A stretch of DNA of 64,000 nt from an uncultured cyanobacterium. Lineage in GTDB: Bacteria; Cyanobacteriota; Cyanobacteriia; PCC-6307; Cyanobiaceae. This document shows positions 53,657 to 64,000 of the stretch, one piece after another. The stretch is taken from NCBI GenBank assembly GCA_963765575.1, contig CAVXWZ010000011.1, forward strand, positions 320,001 to 384,000, given 5' to 3'. A program made the translations under genes and the position numbers. Position 1 is the stretch's first letter, and each line of letters begins with the position of its first letter. Below the pieces are notes generated by a model that was given only the letters and a program-made list of their open reading frames with translations, ran no database searches and was not told the DNA's origin.

Positions 53657-54211
53657 GTGTCGTTGTTCTCCCGCCTCCGTTCCGTCGTCTCCGGAGACGA
53701 CTATCTCGAAGGCGACTATGACGATGAACTCGATTACGACGGTGGCGACGACCCCGAGCCAGCCCCTGCCAGCATCAGTCGCTCCAATGCCCTCGCTTTG
53801 AGCAGCGATTTCAGCACCGACGACCCCTTCGCCGGCACCAACGTGATCGGCATGCCGGGCATCTCCACGGCGGCCGCTGAGGTCACGCTGATGGAGCCCC
53901 GCAGTTTCGATGAGATGCCCCGGGCGATCCAGGCGCTGCGCGAGCGCAAGACCGTGATCCTCAACCTCACGATGATGGAGCCCGATCAGGCCCAGCGGGC
54001 TGTGGATTTCGTGGCTGGTGGCACCTTCGCCATCGATGGCCACCAGGAGCGGGTGGGTGAGAGCATCTTCCTGTTCGCCCCCAGCTGTGTCACCGTCACC
54101 ACCGCCGGTGGCGAGGAGGCCGCGTCCTCCAGCGTCGTGAGCCGTGAGCCGCTCCATGAGCAGGACGCCGCCCCCAGTCCCGCCTGGGGCCGTGAAGGCA
54201 GCGCCCTCTGA
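53657..54211 (+). CDS. sepF: Cell division protein SepF
   Basis: EPRSFDE...VILNL...[15 protein letters not shown]...IFLFAP. Confidence 0.95.
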   Translation: MSLFSRLRSVVSGDDYLEGDYDDELDYDGGDDPEPAPASISRSNALALSSDFSTDDPFAGTNVIGMPGISTAAAEVTLMEPRSFDEMPRAIQALRERKTVILNLTMMEPDQAQRAVDFVAGGTFAIDGHQERVGESIFLFAPSCVTVTTAGGEEAASSSVVSREPLHEQDAAPSPAWGREGSAL

Positions 54212-54255
54212 AACCGGCCTCGACCTCGCCGCTGACGGCGGCTGATGGGCCTGGG

Positions 54256-55050
54256 ATGAAACCCTCGACGTTTGGGGTGGTGGGTCTCGGCCGCATGGCT
54301 GAGGCCCTGCTGGTCCCGCTGCTGGAATGCGGTCTCGTGCAGCCGGCCGAGGTGCGGGCCGCCGTGGCCAGCAGCGCCTCAGCGGAGCGGCTCAGCCGCA
54401 GCCTGCAGCTCGCCGTGGGCACCGATGCCGGCCCCGCCTGGATGGCGCCTGTGGTGCTGTTGGCGGTGAAGCCCCAACAGCTGGCGGCGGCGGCGGCGGC
54501 GGTGCCGGCTGGGGCCGGCGGGCTGCTGATCTCGGTGCTGGCGGGCGTCAGCGTGGAGCGGCTGCAGCGGCTGTTCCCCGCCTGGCGCTGTGTGCGGGCC
54601 GTGCCCAACACCCCCGCCCTGGTGCGTCAGGGCCTCACCGGCCTGGCCTGGGGGGCCGGCGTGGACGCTGGACAGCGCCAGTGGGTGCTGGGGCTGTTCA
54701 GCCAGGTGGGGGAGGTGCTGGAGCTGCCGGAAAGCCAGCTCGATGCCTTCCTGGCGCTCACCTCCTCAGGGCCGGCCTTTGTGGCCCTGGTGGCCGAGGC
54801 CCTCGCCGATGGCGCCGTGGCCGCCGGCCTGCCCCGGGCCCGCGCCCGCCATCTGGCCCAGCGCACGCTGGCGGGCACCGCGGCCCTGCTGGAGCAGCAG
54901 GATCTCCATCCCGCCGAACTCAAGGACATGGTGAGCTCGCCCGCCGGCACCACCATCGCCGGCCTGCGGGCCCTGGAGCGGGGGGGGCTGCGTTCCAGCC
55001 TGATCGAGGCGGTGCTGGCGGCCGCTGAGCGCAGCCGCCAGCTGGCCTGA
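54256..55050 (+). CDS. proC: Pyrroline-5-carboxylate reductase
   Basis: GLGRMA, LAVKPQ, RAVPNTP, SGPAF, VSSPAGTTIAG. Confidence 0.95.
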   Translation: MKPSTFGVVGLGRMAEALLVPLLECGLVQPAEVRAAVASSASAERLSRSLQLAVGTDAGPAWMAPVVLLAVKPQQLAAAAAAVPAGAGGLLISVLAGVSVERLQRLFPAWRCVRAVPNTPALVRQGLTGLAWGAGVDAGQRQWVLGLFSQVGEVLELPESQLDAFLALTSSGPAFVALVAEALADGAVAAGLPRARARHLAQRTLAGTAALLEQQDLHPAELKDMVSSPAGTTIAGLRALERGGLRSSLIEAVLAAAERSRQLA

Positions 55051-55060
55051 ATGCCCGCGC

Positions 55061-55714
55061 TCAGGGCGTCTGGTCTGGGTTGCGGGGGGCCGCACCCAGG
55101 CGCGGTTCCTGGCCGCTCAGCAGCCTGGCCAGGTTGCCGCGGTGGCGCCAGATCACCAGCACGCTGGTGACCAGAGCCAGCACCAGGTAGGGCCAGCGCA
55201 GGCCCATGCCCTGGTCCAGGAACCAGGCCAGCATCAGCAGCGGCAGGGCCACGGCGGCCAGCACGCTGGAGAGGGACACGATCCGGGTGGTGGCCAGCAC
55301 CGTGAGGAACACCCCCAGGCAGGCCAGACCCACGGGCCAGGACAGCCCCAGCAGCATGCCCAGGGCCGTGGCGACGGCCTTGCCGCCCCGCCAGCCCAGC
55401 CACAGCGGCCAGATGTGGCCCGCCAGCGCCGCCCCACCGCTGGCCACCACCCAGCTGTCGGTGCCGGCGAGGCTGGGATCGAGCAGGGTGCTGGCCAGCA
55501 GCACCGCCGCCGTGCCCTTGAACACATCCACCAGCAGCACCGCCAGGGCCGGACCCTTGCCCACCACCCGCAGCACGTTGGTGGCGCCGGTGGAGCCCGA
55601 CCCCTCCTGGCGGATGTCGATGTGCTTCAGCCAGCGGCCGGCCAGGTAGCCGCTGGGGATCGAGCCGAGCAGGTAGCCGGCGAACAGCAGCGGCAGGGCA
55701 AGGGGGGGGGACAT
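55061..55714 (-). CDS. plsY: Glycerol-3-phosphate acyltransferase
   Basis: YLLGSIP, GSGSTGATNVLR, GH.WP, GGKAVAT, HRGNL. Confidence 0.96.
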   Translation of the reverse strand: MSPPLALPLLFAGYLLGSIPSGYLAGRWLKHIDIRQEGSGSTGATNVLRVVGKGPALAVLLVDVFKGTAAVLLASTLLDPSLAGTDSWVVASGGAALAGHIWPLWLGWRGGKAVATALGMLLGLSWPVGLACLGVFLTVLATTRIVSLSSVLAAVALPLLMLAWFLDQGMGLRWPYLVLALVTSVLVIWRHRGNLARLLSGQEPRLGAAPRNPDQTP

Positions 55715-55763
55715 CGGATCGGCGGCGGCGGCCGGCAGAGGACGGTGGGCTCAGCGGGCCGGC

Positions 55764-56711
55764 TCAGTAGTACTCCTCCTCGCGCATCAGCTCGTCCTGG
55801 CCGGGGGCGAAGGCGAGCCAGAGGGGGAACTGCAACACGGCAATCTCCACCCCCGGCTCGGCCGCATCGATGACGATGAAGGGCAGTTCGCCCCGCTCCT
55901 CCAGCCGGTCGGCTCGCTCGATCAGCGCTTCCGGCCGCTCAAGCAGCACGATGCCGCTGCTGGGGCCGAAGTCCTCCCGGTCCAGGCCCAGGCAGTCCTG
56001 GAGGCTGCGCCGCCATTCCCCCAGCCGTTCGGGCTGGCTGGCCAGCACCAGGGTCTGGAAGCGGTCGCCGTAGAGCTCGCCGAGGATGGCGATCACGGCC
56101 GCCGTCACCAGACCGTTGCGGCTGCGGCTGCCGCCGCTGGGCTGGGCGCCGCGGCCGGCCTGCTCCAGGAACCAGTTTTCCAGCGCGGCGGCACCGGGGC
56201 CCTCCAGGGTGCGGCGCAGTTTCCAGGGTTCGGCGTAGAAGTCGGGCTGGCCCTGGAATGCCGTCAGCCGGCTGCGGATCAGCTCGGCGTCGCCGGCGAA
56301 GGGACCACCAGCGGCCCCCGCCGCCAGGGTGGGGCCGCTGGCCACCGCGGCAGCCTCCTCCTGGGCCGCGGTATCGATCGGCGAGGGCTGCACCAGCAGT
56401 GGTTGGGGCACCAGCTCGATCTGCTCGGCCGCCACGGCCAGGTCCTGCAGGGCCCCCACCAGGTAGTCCTGGAAGCCCTTGAGCCGCCGCGCCACCGCAT
56501 CGGCCTGGCCGGCGTAGCTGCTGGCGATCTCCTGGGCGATCGTCTGGCGGCGGCTCTCCAGCTGGGCAATCTCGGCCTCCAGTTCGCTCCGCCGCTGGCA
56601 CAGCTCACGCAGGGCCAGCTCCTGCCAGGCGGCGGGGGCAGCCGCTGCCGGGGTGGGCTGGGTCGGCGGGGCCCCGGTTGGCGGGGTGGGGTTGGTGGGC
56701 TCGTCGGGCAT
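55764..56711 (-). CDS. DUF3086-like cyanobacterial protein
   Basis: Coiled coil, GFQDYLVGALQDL, PERLGEWRR.LQDCLG, LQFPLWLAFA; start uncertain. Confidence 0.8.
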   Translation of the reverse strand: MPDEPTNPTPPTGAPPTQPTPAAAAPAAWQELALRELCQRRSELEAEIAQLESRRQTIAQEIASSYAGQADAVARRLKGFQDYLVGALQDLAVAAEQIELVPQPLLVQPSPIDTAAQEEAAAVASGPTLAAGAAGGPFAGDAELIRSRLTAFQGQPDFYAEPWKLRRTLEGPGAAALENWFLEQAGRGAQPSGGSRSRNGLVTAAVIAILGELYGDRFQTLVLASQPERLGEWRRSLQDCLGLDREDFGPSSGIVLLERPEALIERADRLEERGELPFIVIDAAEPGVEIAVLQFPLWLAFAPGQDELMREEEYY

Positions 56712-56718
56712 GGACCGT

Positions 56719-57156
56719 TCAGGCGACGTCATCGGGGCTTGCGGAGCCGGACTCGGCGGCCTCCAGCTGGGGCAGACGGCCCTGCAGCTGCTGCCGCAGG
56801 GCGGTGGCATCGAACAGCACGGGCAGCAGGTGGATGCTCTGACGCTCCCTGAAATAGAACAGCGCCGGCAGGGCCGGCCAGAACAGCCGCCAGCCCAGCC
56901 AGGCGTCGTAGGGGAAACGGCGCAGCTGGGTGCCGCCGCGGCGCACCAGCAGCGCCTCGCCGTTGAACTCCAGCCGCAGCAAGGCTGTCTGCAGCACCAG
57001 GAACAGCCCGAAGAGGGCCACCACCAGGGCCAGCCAGAGCGCCCCAGACCACAGCGGCAGCAGCGCCAGGCAGGCCAGGCCGAGGCCCACAACGGCCACG
57101 GCAACGCCGAAGTGGGGGCTCAGGACCACCGGTTGGGGAGCGTCAGACGGGGGCAT
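56719..57156 (-). CDS. DUF3119-like membrane protein
   Basis: FGLFLVLQT..LRLEF, RRFPY..W, LFYFRE.QSIHLLPVLFD. Confidence 0.8.
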   Translation of the reverse strand: MPPSDAPQPVVLSPHFGVAVAVVGLGLACLALLPLWSGALWLALVVALFGLFLVLQTALLRLEFNGEALLVRRGGTQLRRFPYDAWLGWRLFWPALPALFYFRERQSIHLLPVLFDATALRQQLQGRLPQLEAAESGSASPDDVA

Positions 57157-57162
57157 CGGGAT

Positions 57163-57948
57163 TCAGGCGAACAGCAGGGAGGTGAGCAGGGCATCCATGA
57201 GTGCCACCGAGATCAGAATCATCACCACGGCGCCGGTGGTGCTGGTTCCCACCTCCTTGGGGCCGCCGCGGGTGGTGAGACCCCAGCCGCAGGCGATCAC
57301 GGCGATCTGCAGCCCGAACACCAGGGCCTTCAGGAGCATCGATGGCAGGTCGTCCGGCTGCATCCAGGTGCGCACCGAATTCCAGAACACACTCGGGGGA
57401 ATGTTGTAGAGCAAGGTGCTGCTCGTCTGTCCCGACCAGATCCCCACCCAGAAGAACAGCAGACACTGCACCGGCGCCATGATCACCATCGCCAGCACCC
57501 GCGGCACCACGAGATACTCCACCGGGTCGGTGCGCAGCATGGTGATGGCGTCGATCTGCTCGGTCACTTTCATGGTGCCGAGTTCGGCGGCATAGGCCGT
57601 GGCCACCTTGCCGGTGAGCAGGGTGGCGGTGAGCAACGGGGCGATCTCCCGCGCCAGGCCCAGGGAGAGCAGCCCGCCCACGGCCGCGTTGGCCCCCTGC
57701 TTGGAGAGTTCCGCCACCACCTGGATGTTGAACACGGTGCCGGCGGCCAGGGCCGTGATCACCACGATCAGGAAACTGGCCGGACCGGCCTCCATCAGCT
57801 CCTGCATCAGGTCGTTGAAGCCGATGCGGCCCCGGGCAATGGCACTCACGGCCTGGCCGCCGACCATGGCGCTGGCCCCCAGCCGCCGGGCCCAGCGCGG
57901 CAGCTTCAGGCGTTGCCAGGCCAACGGCAGCCGGAACCGGCGTTTCAT
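57163..57948 (-). CDS. MlaE/TGD1-family lipid ABC transporter permease
   Basis: REIAPLLTA, AELGTMKVTEQIDA, YLVVPR, GGPKEVG. Confidence 0.92.
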   Translation of the reverse strand: MKRRFRLPLAWQRLKLPRWARRLGASAMVGGQAVSAIARGRIGFNDLMQELMEAGPASFLIVVITALAAGTVFNIQVVAELSKQGANAAVGGLLSLGLAREIAPLLTATLLTGKVATAYAAELGTMKVTEQIDAITMLRTDPVEYLVVPRVLAMVIMAPVQCLLFFWVGIWSGQTSSTLLYNIPPSVFWNSVRTWMQPDDLPSMLLKALVFGLQIAVIACGWGLTTRGGPKEVGTSTTGAVVMILISVALMDALLTSLLFA

Positions 57949-59360
57949 GACGGTTGCGGGGGGCGATGGGGCCAGCGTCGCATCACCACCAGCCCCAGCA
58001 CGACCAGGGTGGCCGGAATCAGTCCCATGCTCATGCGGATCGCCAGCAGGGCGCTGCTGGGTTGATCGCGCAGCAGCGCCGCCTCGTAACCGCTGAAGCT
58101 GAGCAGGTTGCCGAACACGAGCAGGGCCAGGCTGATGCAGAGCTTCTGGCCCAGCACCATCCAGGCGCTGTACTGCCCGGCGGGTTTCTCGGGATCGGCG
58201 TCGATGGCGTCGGGCAGCAGCGACCAGGGGATCAGGTAGGCGGTGGAGGCCCCCAGCCCGGCCAGCACGATGGTGACCAGCACCAGCAGCAACCGCAGCA
58301 CGTTGTCTGCGGAACCGAAGGGGGCAACGGCGGAATTCAGGGGCGGCAGCACCATGGCCAGGCCGCAGCCGCTGATCCACAGGGCTGCGCCCAGATGCAG
58401 GGCCCGCACCCTGCCGGCGCGCTGACTGACGCCATTCCAGATCCACAGGCCCCCCAGGCTGCTGACGATGAAGGGCAACAGCACCCAGTTGCTCCAGCTC
58501 TGGGGCAGGTGCAGCACCACCGGTAGGTAGATCAGGGCGGCCGTCTGCATCAGCTGCAGGCCGCACCAGAGCAACAGATAGAGGCCGATCACCCGCAGGA
58601 AGCGGCCGTTGCCGCTCACCCGGCCGATCAGGCGCCGGGTGGTGCCCTCCTGCCGCAGCGGCCGCTGGCAGTGCAGGGCCACGGGCGCCAGTCCCCAGCC
58701 GCAGAGCAGGGTGGTGGCGGTGACGATGAGGCCGGCGAGCACGCCCACCTGCAGGAAGCGGCCGGCATCGCTGTGGTCCTGCAGCAGCAGTGCCCCCAGC
58801 ACTACACCCACCAGCGAGGCGACGATCGAGCCGCTGAAGCGGGCCGTGTTCAGCCGCGTGCGCAGGGCCACGCTGGTGGTGAGTTCTGCGGCCAGGGCTG
58901 TGTAGGGCAGGTTCACGGCCGTGTAGAAGCTCTGGGCCACGGCCGAGATCAGCACGAAGAAGATGAACTTCAGCCACGGATCGCCGGGCGGCACCCACCA
59001 CATCGCCGCCATGCCGATGCCGAGGGGCACGGCACTGGCGAAGATCCAGGGCAGCCGGGGCCCCCAGCGCGTGTGGGTCTTGTCGCTCAGCCAGCCGATG
59101 ATCGGATCGTTGATGCCGTCCCAGAGGCGACCCACCATCAGCACCGCTCCCGCCATCCAGGCGGGCAGGCCGGCCGCCGAGGTGTAGAAGATGAACAGGT
59201 AGAAGCCGATCAGGGAGGCCACCATGCCCGTGCCGGCATCCCCGAGGCCATAGGACCAGAGCAGGCGCTGGCGAGGGGCTCCGCGCAGATCGGCGGCGTC
59301 GAGCACCGGAGGTGCCTGGGTGGGCATGCAGCGGAGAACCGGCTGGGTGGCGGGAGTCAT
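57945..59360 (-). CDS. MFS transporter, GPH/MelB family
   Basis: YGLGD, RLWDGINDPIIGWLSD.T.TRWG.RLPW, NLPYTAL. Confidence 0.9.
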   Translation of the reverse strand: MTPATQPVLRCMPTQAPPVLDAADLRGAPRQRLLWSYGLGDAGTGMVASLIGFYLFIFYTSAAGLPAWMAGAVLMVGRLWDGINDPIIGWLSDKTHTRWGPRLPWIFASAVPLGIGMAAMWWVPPGDPWLKFIFFVLISAVAQSFYTAVNLPYTALAAELTTSVALRTRLNTARFSGSIVASLVGVVLGALLLQDHSDAGRFLQVGVLAGLIVTATTLLCGWGLAPVALHCQRPLRQEGTTRRLIGRVSGNGRFLRVIGLYLLLWCGLQLMQTAALIYLPVVLHLPQSWSNWVLLPFIVSSLGGLWIWNGVSQRAGRVRALHLGAALWISGCGLAMVLPPLNSAVAPFGSADNVLRLLLVLVTIVLAGLGASTAYLIPWSLLPDAIDADPEKPAGQYSAWMVLGQKLCISLALLVFGNLLSFSGYEAALLRDQPSSALLAIRMSMGLIPATLVVLGLVVMRRWPHRPPQPS

Positions 59361-59583
59361 AATGACCGAGCAAGCCGCCGGCTCCGGCCCCGGCCTGAAC
59401 CGCCCGATGGGGTGGTGGCCTTCTTGATCCGATCGCTCTCCCCACAGCGTTTGGGCACAGCTTCAGCTCTCAGGTTTGAACCTCAGGTTTGAACTCCCAG
59501 GCCTGCACTGGCCCATGTTGATTCGGATCCGTCCCTCGGCTGACACCCTTCAGCGAGCTAGATATAAAATAGAAGGCCCTATT

Positions 59584-59654
<71 letters not shown>

Positions 59655-59720
59655 TCCTGATCACACCAGCCCTTCGCCCTCAGCGCACCCACGGGCCGCC
59701 AGGAGGGTGCCTGGGCTCCG

Positions 59721-59828
59721 TTTTCCACGTCGCGGCTGCCTGATTGCAGCGGCAAAGGCCATCCGGCCCCGAGGACCTGTGGAAAACCAGGGGGCAAATT
59801 GTGGAAAACATTGCCGAGCTGCGGAAAA
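59721..59828. promoter_or_regulatory. Cluster of DnaA-box motifs
   Basis: TGTGGAAAA at 59778 and 59800 (perfect reverse complement of TTTTCCACA); one-mismatch TGCGGAAAA at 59820 and TTTTCCACG at 59721. Confidence 0.65.
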
Positions 59829-59853
59829 CTCCGCGGGGCTGGGGTGGCAGGCG

Positions 59854-62026
59854 CTACAGCTCCACCCCCTCGAGCTGGCGGCGGGCCACCAGCAGCATCA
59901 GGCTGCGGCTCTCCAGCGGCGCGCCGGTGGGTTTCCAGGGCTGGGGCCGGCGGGGCAGGTCCTCCCCAGCCGGCAGGGCGGTGTCGATCACCCGCACCCA
60001 CCCCGATGGGCACACGGGCAGCTCGAAGTGCACCGAGCGGCTGTAGGCGTTGAGGCCGCACCACAGCAGCGGCCCTTCCACCCGCTCGTTCACGCTCCAG
60101 GCCAGGGTGTGGGACCAGTCGGCCCAGTCGGGACGGTTGATCTCCACGCCATGCCACTGGCGCCAGAGCGCGCGATCGTCGTCGCTGCGACGCTGGGGCC
60201 GCACCGGCAGGGGCAGCTCGGGATTGAGCACCTGCCTGAGGGCGGTGCGCAGGCTCAGTCAGCCGCTGCACGTAGGTGCGCAGGGCCTGGTCGGCTCCAT
60301 CGGGCTGCCAGTGCATCCAGCCGAGGGGATTGTTCTGGCACCAGGTGTTGTTGTTGCCCCCCTGGCTGCGGCGCACCTCATCGCCCATCAGCAGCATCGG
60401 CACACCGGGGGCCAGCAGCAGGGTGGCCAGCAGGTTGCGCAGCTGGCGTTCGCGCAGGGCGATGACGGCGTGGTCGCAGCTGGGGCCCTCCACGCCGTGG
60501 TTCCAGCTGTTGTTGTGGTTGTCACCGTCGCGGTTGTCCTCGCCGTTGGCCAGGTTGTGCTTGCGGTTGAAGCTCACCAGATCGGCCAGGGTGAAGCCGT
60601 CGTGGGCGGTGAGGAAGGTGATGCACTGGCCAGGGTGGGGTGGCCTGGGCTCGTAGAGATCCGGGCTGCCGCTCAGCCGCAGCCCCAGCGTCCAGGCCGT
60701 GTTCTGGTCACCCTTCCAGAAGCGGCGCACGTCGTCGCGGAAGCGGCCGTTCCAGGTGGCCACCCGCAGGGCGGGGAAGTCGGCGAGCTTGTAGAGGCCG
60801 CCACAGTCCCAGGGCTCGCTGATCAGCTTCAGGTCGGCCAGTTCGGGATCGGCCTCCATGGCCTCGAACAGCGGCGGTGCCTCCAGCGGCAGCAGCTGTT
60901 CCCCCCGGCTGAGGGCGATGCCGAGATCGAAGCGGAAGCCATCCACCCCCAGCTCCACCGCCCAGCAGCGCAGCGATTCCAGGATCAGGCGCCGCACCAG
61001 GGGGCGGTTGGCGGCGATGGTGTTGCCGCAGCCGCTCACGTCCAGGTAGTCGCCGTGGTGGCCCTGCTGGTAATAGAGCTGGTCGCAGAAACCGCGCCAG
61101 CTGAGCGTGGGGCCCTGCTGGTTGCCCTCGCTGGTGTGGTTGTAGACCACATCGAGGATCACCTCGATGCCGGCCCGGTGGCAGGCGCTGACGAGCTCGC
61201 GCACCTGGTGGCGGGCGCTGAGCGGATCGTTGCCCACCAGGTAGCCGTGATGGGGAGCCATCCAGCTGATCGGGCTGTAGCCCCAGTGGTTCTGGCGGCC
61301 GGCCGGGGCGTCGGCGGGGTCGAAGGCCATCACCGGCAGCAGCTCGATGGCGGTGATGCCCAGCTCCTTGAGGTAGGGCAGGGTGTCGATCAGCCCCAGC
61401 AGGGTGCCGCGCCGCTCGGCCGGCACCGGGCAACCGCTGCCCTGGGTGAAGCCGCCCACGTGCAGCTCATAGACCACGCTGCGCTGCCAGCTGTGTCGGG
61501 GGCGGGGAGCGGCGTCGAAATCGAAGCGATCCCGTTCGGTGACCACCCCCTTGAGGCAGCAGCCGGTGTTGGGCATGGCCCCCACCGCCGCATCGCGGCG
61601 GTAGCCGTCCCAGCCGGCGATGGCGCGGGCGCAGGGGTCGAGCAGCACCTTGGAGGGGTTGAAGCTGTGGCCGCCGGCCTGCAGCGGTCCATACACCCGG
61701 TAGCCGTAGCAACAGCCCAGCCCCAGCCCCTCCACTTCCACGTGCCAGTGGTCGCCGGAGCGGTGCCGCTGATCGAGATCCACCACCCGCTGTGGCTCGT
61801 TGGCCTCGCCATGGGCGAACAGCAGCAGCTCCACCCGGGTGGCCTGGGGGGCCACCACCGAGAAGTTGACGCCCTGGGCGGTGAGGCTGGCGCCGAGGGG
61901 CCAGGGCCGGCCGGGGTGTGCCGGCCCGCCGCGCCCTCCGGCACTGGCGGCGCCAGGACGCCGCTGGGCCGGAGGGCGGACCGTGGTGGCCTGGGTGTCG
62001 GCTGCGGGTCGGGCGGACACAAACAT
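59854..62026 (-). CDS. glgX: Glycogen debranching enzyme/isoamylase (frameshifted near 60259)
   Basis: PWPLGA, YELHVGGFT, DVVYNHT, DGFRFDL, EPWD, AHDGFTL, NNTWCQ; C-terminal domain in ORF 59854-60231. Confidence 0.92.
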
Positions 62027-62117
62027 GATCCGGATCGCCACAAACTAGTGATCCGATCGAGAATGCACCGCCGGTGTTACAGACCGCTCCCGCGGACCCG
62101 GCCGTCCGCCCCAGCCC

Positions 62118-62786
62118 GTGCGCCCGGGGCTGTGGCTGTTTGCCCCCAACCGTGAGACCAGCGGCGGCAGCAGCTGGCTGGTGGAGGCGGCCGCCGCCGG
62201 CCTCGAGGGGCAGCTGCCGGGGGATCTGCTGATCGACTGCCCGGCCTGGAGCCAGGCCAACCTCGACTGGCTGGCCCAGCGCGGCGGCCAGGGCACGATC
62301 GTGCTCACCGGTCGGGACGGCCATGGCCGCTGCCGCCGCTTCCAGGAGGCCCTGGGCTGGCCGGTGCTGGTGCAGGAGCAGGAGGCCTACCTGCTGCCGG
62401 GGGTGCGGGAGCTGGCCCTGTTCGGGGCTGACCATGGGCTGGCGCCGGGGGTGCGCCTGCTCTGGACCCCCGGCCCCTCCCCCGGCGCCTGCGTGCTGCA
62501 CCTGGCGGCCGGGGGCCTGGATGGCCTCTTCTGCGGCCGGCTGCTGCAGCCGCTGGCGCCGGGGCTGCTGGCTCCGCTGGCCACGGCGCGAAGCTTTCAC
62601 TGGCGGCGCCAGCTGCGCAGCCTCGAGCGCCTGCGCCGCTGGCTGCCAGCCGGCTCCCCCGGCTGGATCGCCTGCGGTGGCGGCCTCGGGGCCCTGCGGG
62701 GGGAGAAGCTGGTGGAGGGTGGTGCCGCCCTGCTGGCGGGGCTGGATCTGCCGGCCCTGGAGCTCCAATCGCCGCCCCCGGCCTGA
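62118..62786 (+). CDS. MBL-fold metallo-hydrolase-like protein
   Basis: LWLFAPNR..GGSSWL, LIDCP, QEQEAYLL, WTPGPSPG, LFCGRLL; true start may lie upstream. Confidence 0.78.
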   Translation: MRPGLWLFAPNRETSGGSSWLVEAAAAGLEGQLPGDLLIDCPAWSQANLDWLAQRGGQGTIVLTGRDGHGRCRRFQEALGWPVLVQEQEAYLLPGVRELALFGADHGLAPGVRLLWTPGPSPGACVLHLAAGGLDGLFCGRLLQPLAPGLLAPLATARSFHWRRQLRSLERLRRWLPAGSPGWIACGGGLGALRGEKLVEGGAALLAGLDLPALELQSPPPA

Positions 62787-62935
62787 GCGCTTCAGCCCAG
62801 ACCCCCTGCGGCAGCCGGATTCTGTGTTGCAGTGTGGGGTCGCTGCCCATACCATTGGCGCGCCACAGGTCAGGCCGGTCGGGGTTTCCGACTCGCCCCG
62901 CTCCCCCCGACAGACCCTCTCAGCCTTTCCTCTTC

Positions 62936-63214
62936 ATGAACAAAGCAGATCTCGTCAACGTGGTGGCTGCCCGCACCGAACTCACCAAGACCGACGTCGC
63001 CCAGGTGGTGGATGCCCTGATCGACACGATCATGGATTCGGTGGTGGACGGCAAGAAGGTGTCGATCCTCGGCTTCGGTTCCTTCGAGCCCCGCGACCGT
63101 TCCGCCCGTCAGGGACTCAATCCCAAGACCGGCGAGAGGATCGCGATCGAAGCCAAGCGCGTGCCTGCCTTCACCGCCGGCAAGATGTTCAAGGACAAGG
63201 TGCAGGGCGCCTGA
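62936..63214 (+). CDS. hup: Histone-like DNA-binding protein HU
   Basis: MNKADLV...GFGSFE...[10 protein letters not shown]...VPAFTAGK. Confidence 0.97.
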   Translation: MNKADLVNVVAARTELTKTDVAQVVDALIDTIMDSVVDGKKVSILGFGSFEPRDRSARQGLNPKTGERIAIEAKRVPAFTAGKMFKDKVQGA

Positions 63215-63224
63215 GCCCACCCCG

Positions 63225-64000
63225 CTGAGCGTTGCCGGGCTGCTCCCCGCTCACCTGAGGGCCCGGTTCACCGCGGCCCTCGAAGCCCGCGGTCGGGGCT
63301 ATCGCGGGCGCTTCGCCCCGTCCCCCACCGGCCCGCTGCACCGCGGCAACCTGCGCACCGCCCTGCTCAGCTGGCTCGATGCCCGCCTGGCCGGTGGGGA
63401 GATGGCTGCTGCGGATCGACGACCTCGACAGCCCCCGCAACCGCCCCGGCGCCGAGCAGCGGATCCTGGCCGATCTGCGCTGGCTGGGTCTGCACTGGGA
63501 TGGTCCGCTGTGGCGCCAGAGCGAGCGGCGCGGGCTCTACGGCTCCGTGCTCTCGGCCCTGCGGCGCGCTGGGCTGCTCTATCCCTGTGGCTGCAGCCGC
63601 CGGCTGCTGGCCGATGTCTCCGCTCCCCATGGCGGCTGGCCGCTCTACCCGGGCTTCTGCCGCCGGCGGCCCCTGGGCTGGGGCCCCGCCGCTGGCCGCC
63701 TGCCCAGCTGGCGGCTGCGGCTGCCGCCGGGGCCGATCCGGTGGCAGGAGCGCCTGGGCCGCTCGGGGCGGCTGGATGGCCCCGGCCAGGTGGGCGATGT
63801 GGTGCTGCGCCGCGCCGATGGTGTCGTGGCCTATCACCTGGCCACCGCTGTGGATGAGCTCAGCCTCGGCATCAGCGATGTGCTGCGCGGCGAGGACCTC
63901 TGGCCCTCCACCGGCGCCCAGGTGGCCCTGATCACCCTGCTGGGGGCGCCGCCGCCCCGCTACGGCCACCTGCCCCTGTGGCTCGATGACAGCGGCCGGC
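63225..64000 (+). CDS. gluQ: Glutamyl-Q tRNA(Asp) synthetase (partial; frameshift near 63402)
   Basis: [17 protein letters not shown] from 63300, then WLLRIDDLD...YPCGCSR...YHLATAVD...VLRGEDL in the next frame; start uncertain. Confidence 0.85.

Overview
GC-rich (about 68-70%) core-chromosome segment of a picocyanobacterium (Cyanobium/Synechococcus type). It opens with a phycocyanin rod cluster (minus strand: cpcC-cpcD-cpcB-cpcA-cpcC2-cpcB-cpcA, plus cpcT and two conserved hypotheticals, bounded by tRNA-Phe). Housekeeping and photosynthesis genes follow (metK, rps1, nrdR, psbB-psbT, psbM, dprA-prmC-tsaC, minCDE, S41 protease, petBD, neutral invertase), then a complete rRNA operon (16S-Ile-Ala-23S-5S). 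The remainder holds mtnBC, fpg, psaE, recQ, a LysM protein, aldehyde dehydrogenase, aroQ-miaE, mtnD, cobI, dusB, der-ecfT-pipX-pipY-sepF-proC, plsY, mlaE, an MFS transporter, glgX, HU and gluQ, with 7 tRNAs in total. I found no transposase, integrase, phage, CRISPR or defence genes, and I cannot support a wholly new multi-gene system. The best signals are non-coding: (1) a tight cluster of DnaA boxes between tRNA-Gly and glgX with no dnaA/dnaN nearby, (2) a LexA-box palindrome before dprA, (3) a near-perfect cpcBA duplication, (4) local GC troughs just downstream of very highly expressed operons, and (5) two CDSs whose stop codon is the U8-A9-G10 of the next tRNA. Six or more genes after 41.9 kb carry single-base frameshifts, most likely assembly errors.
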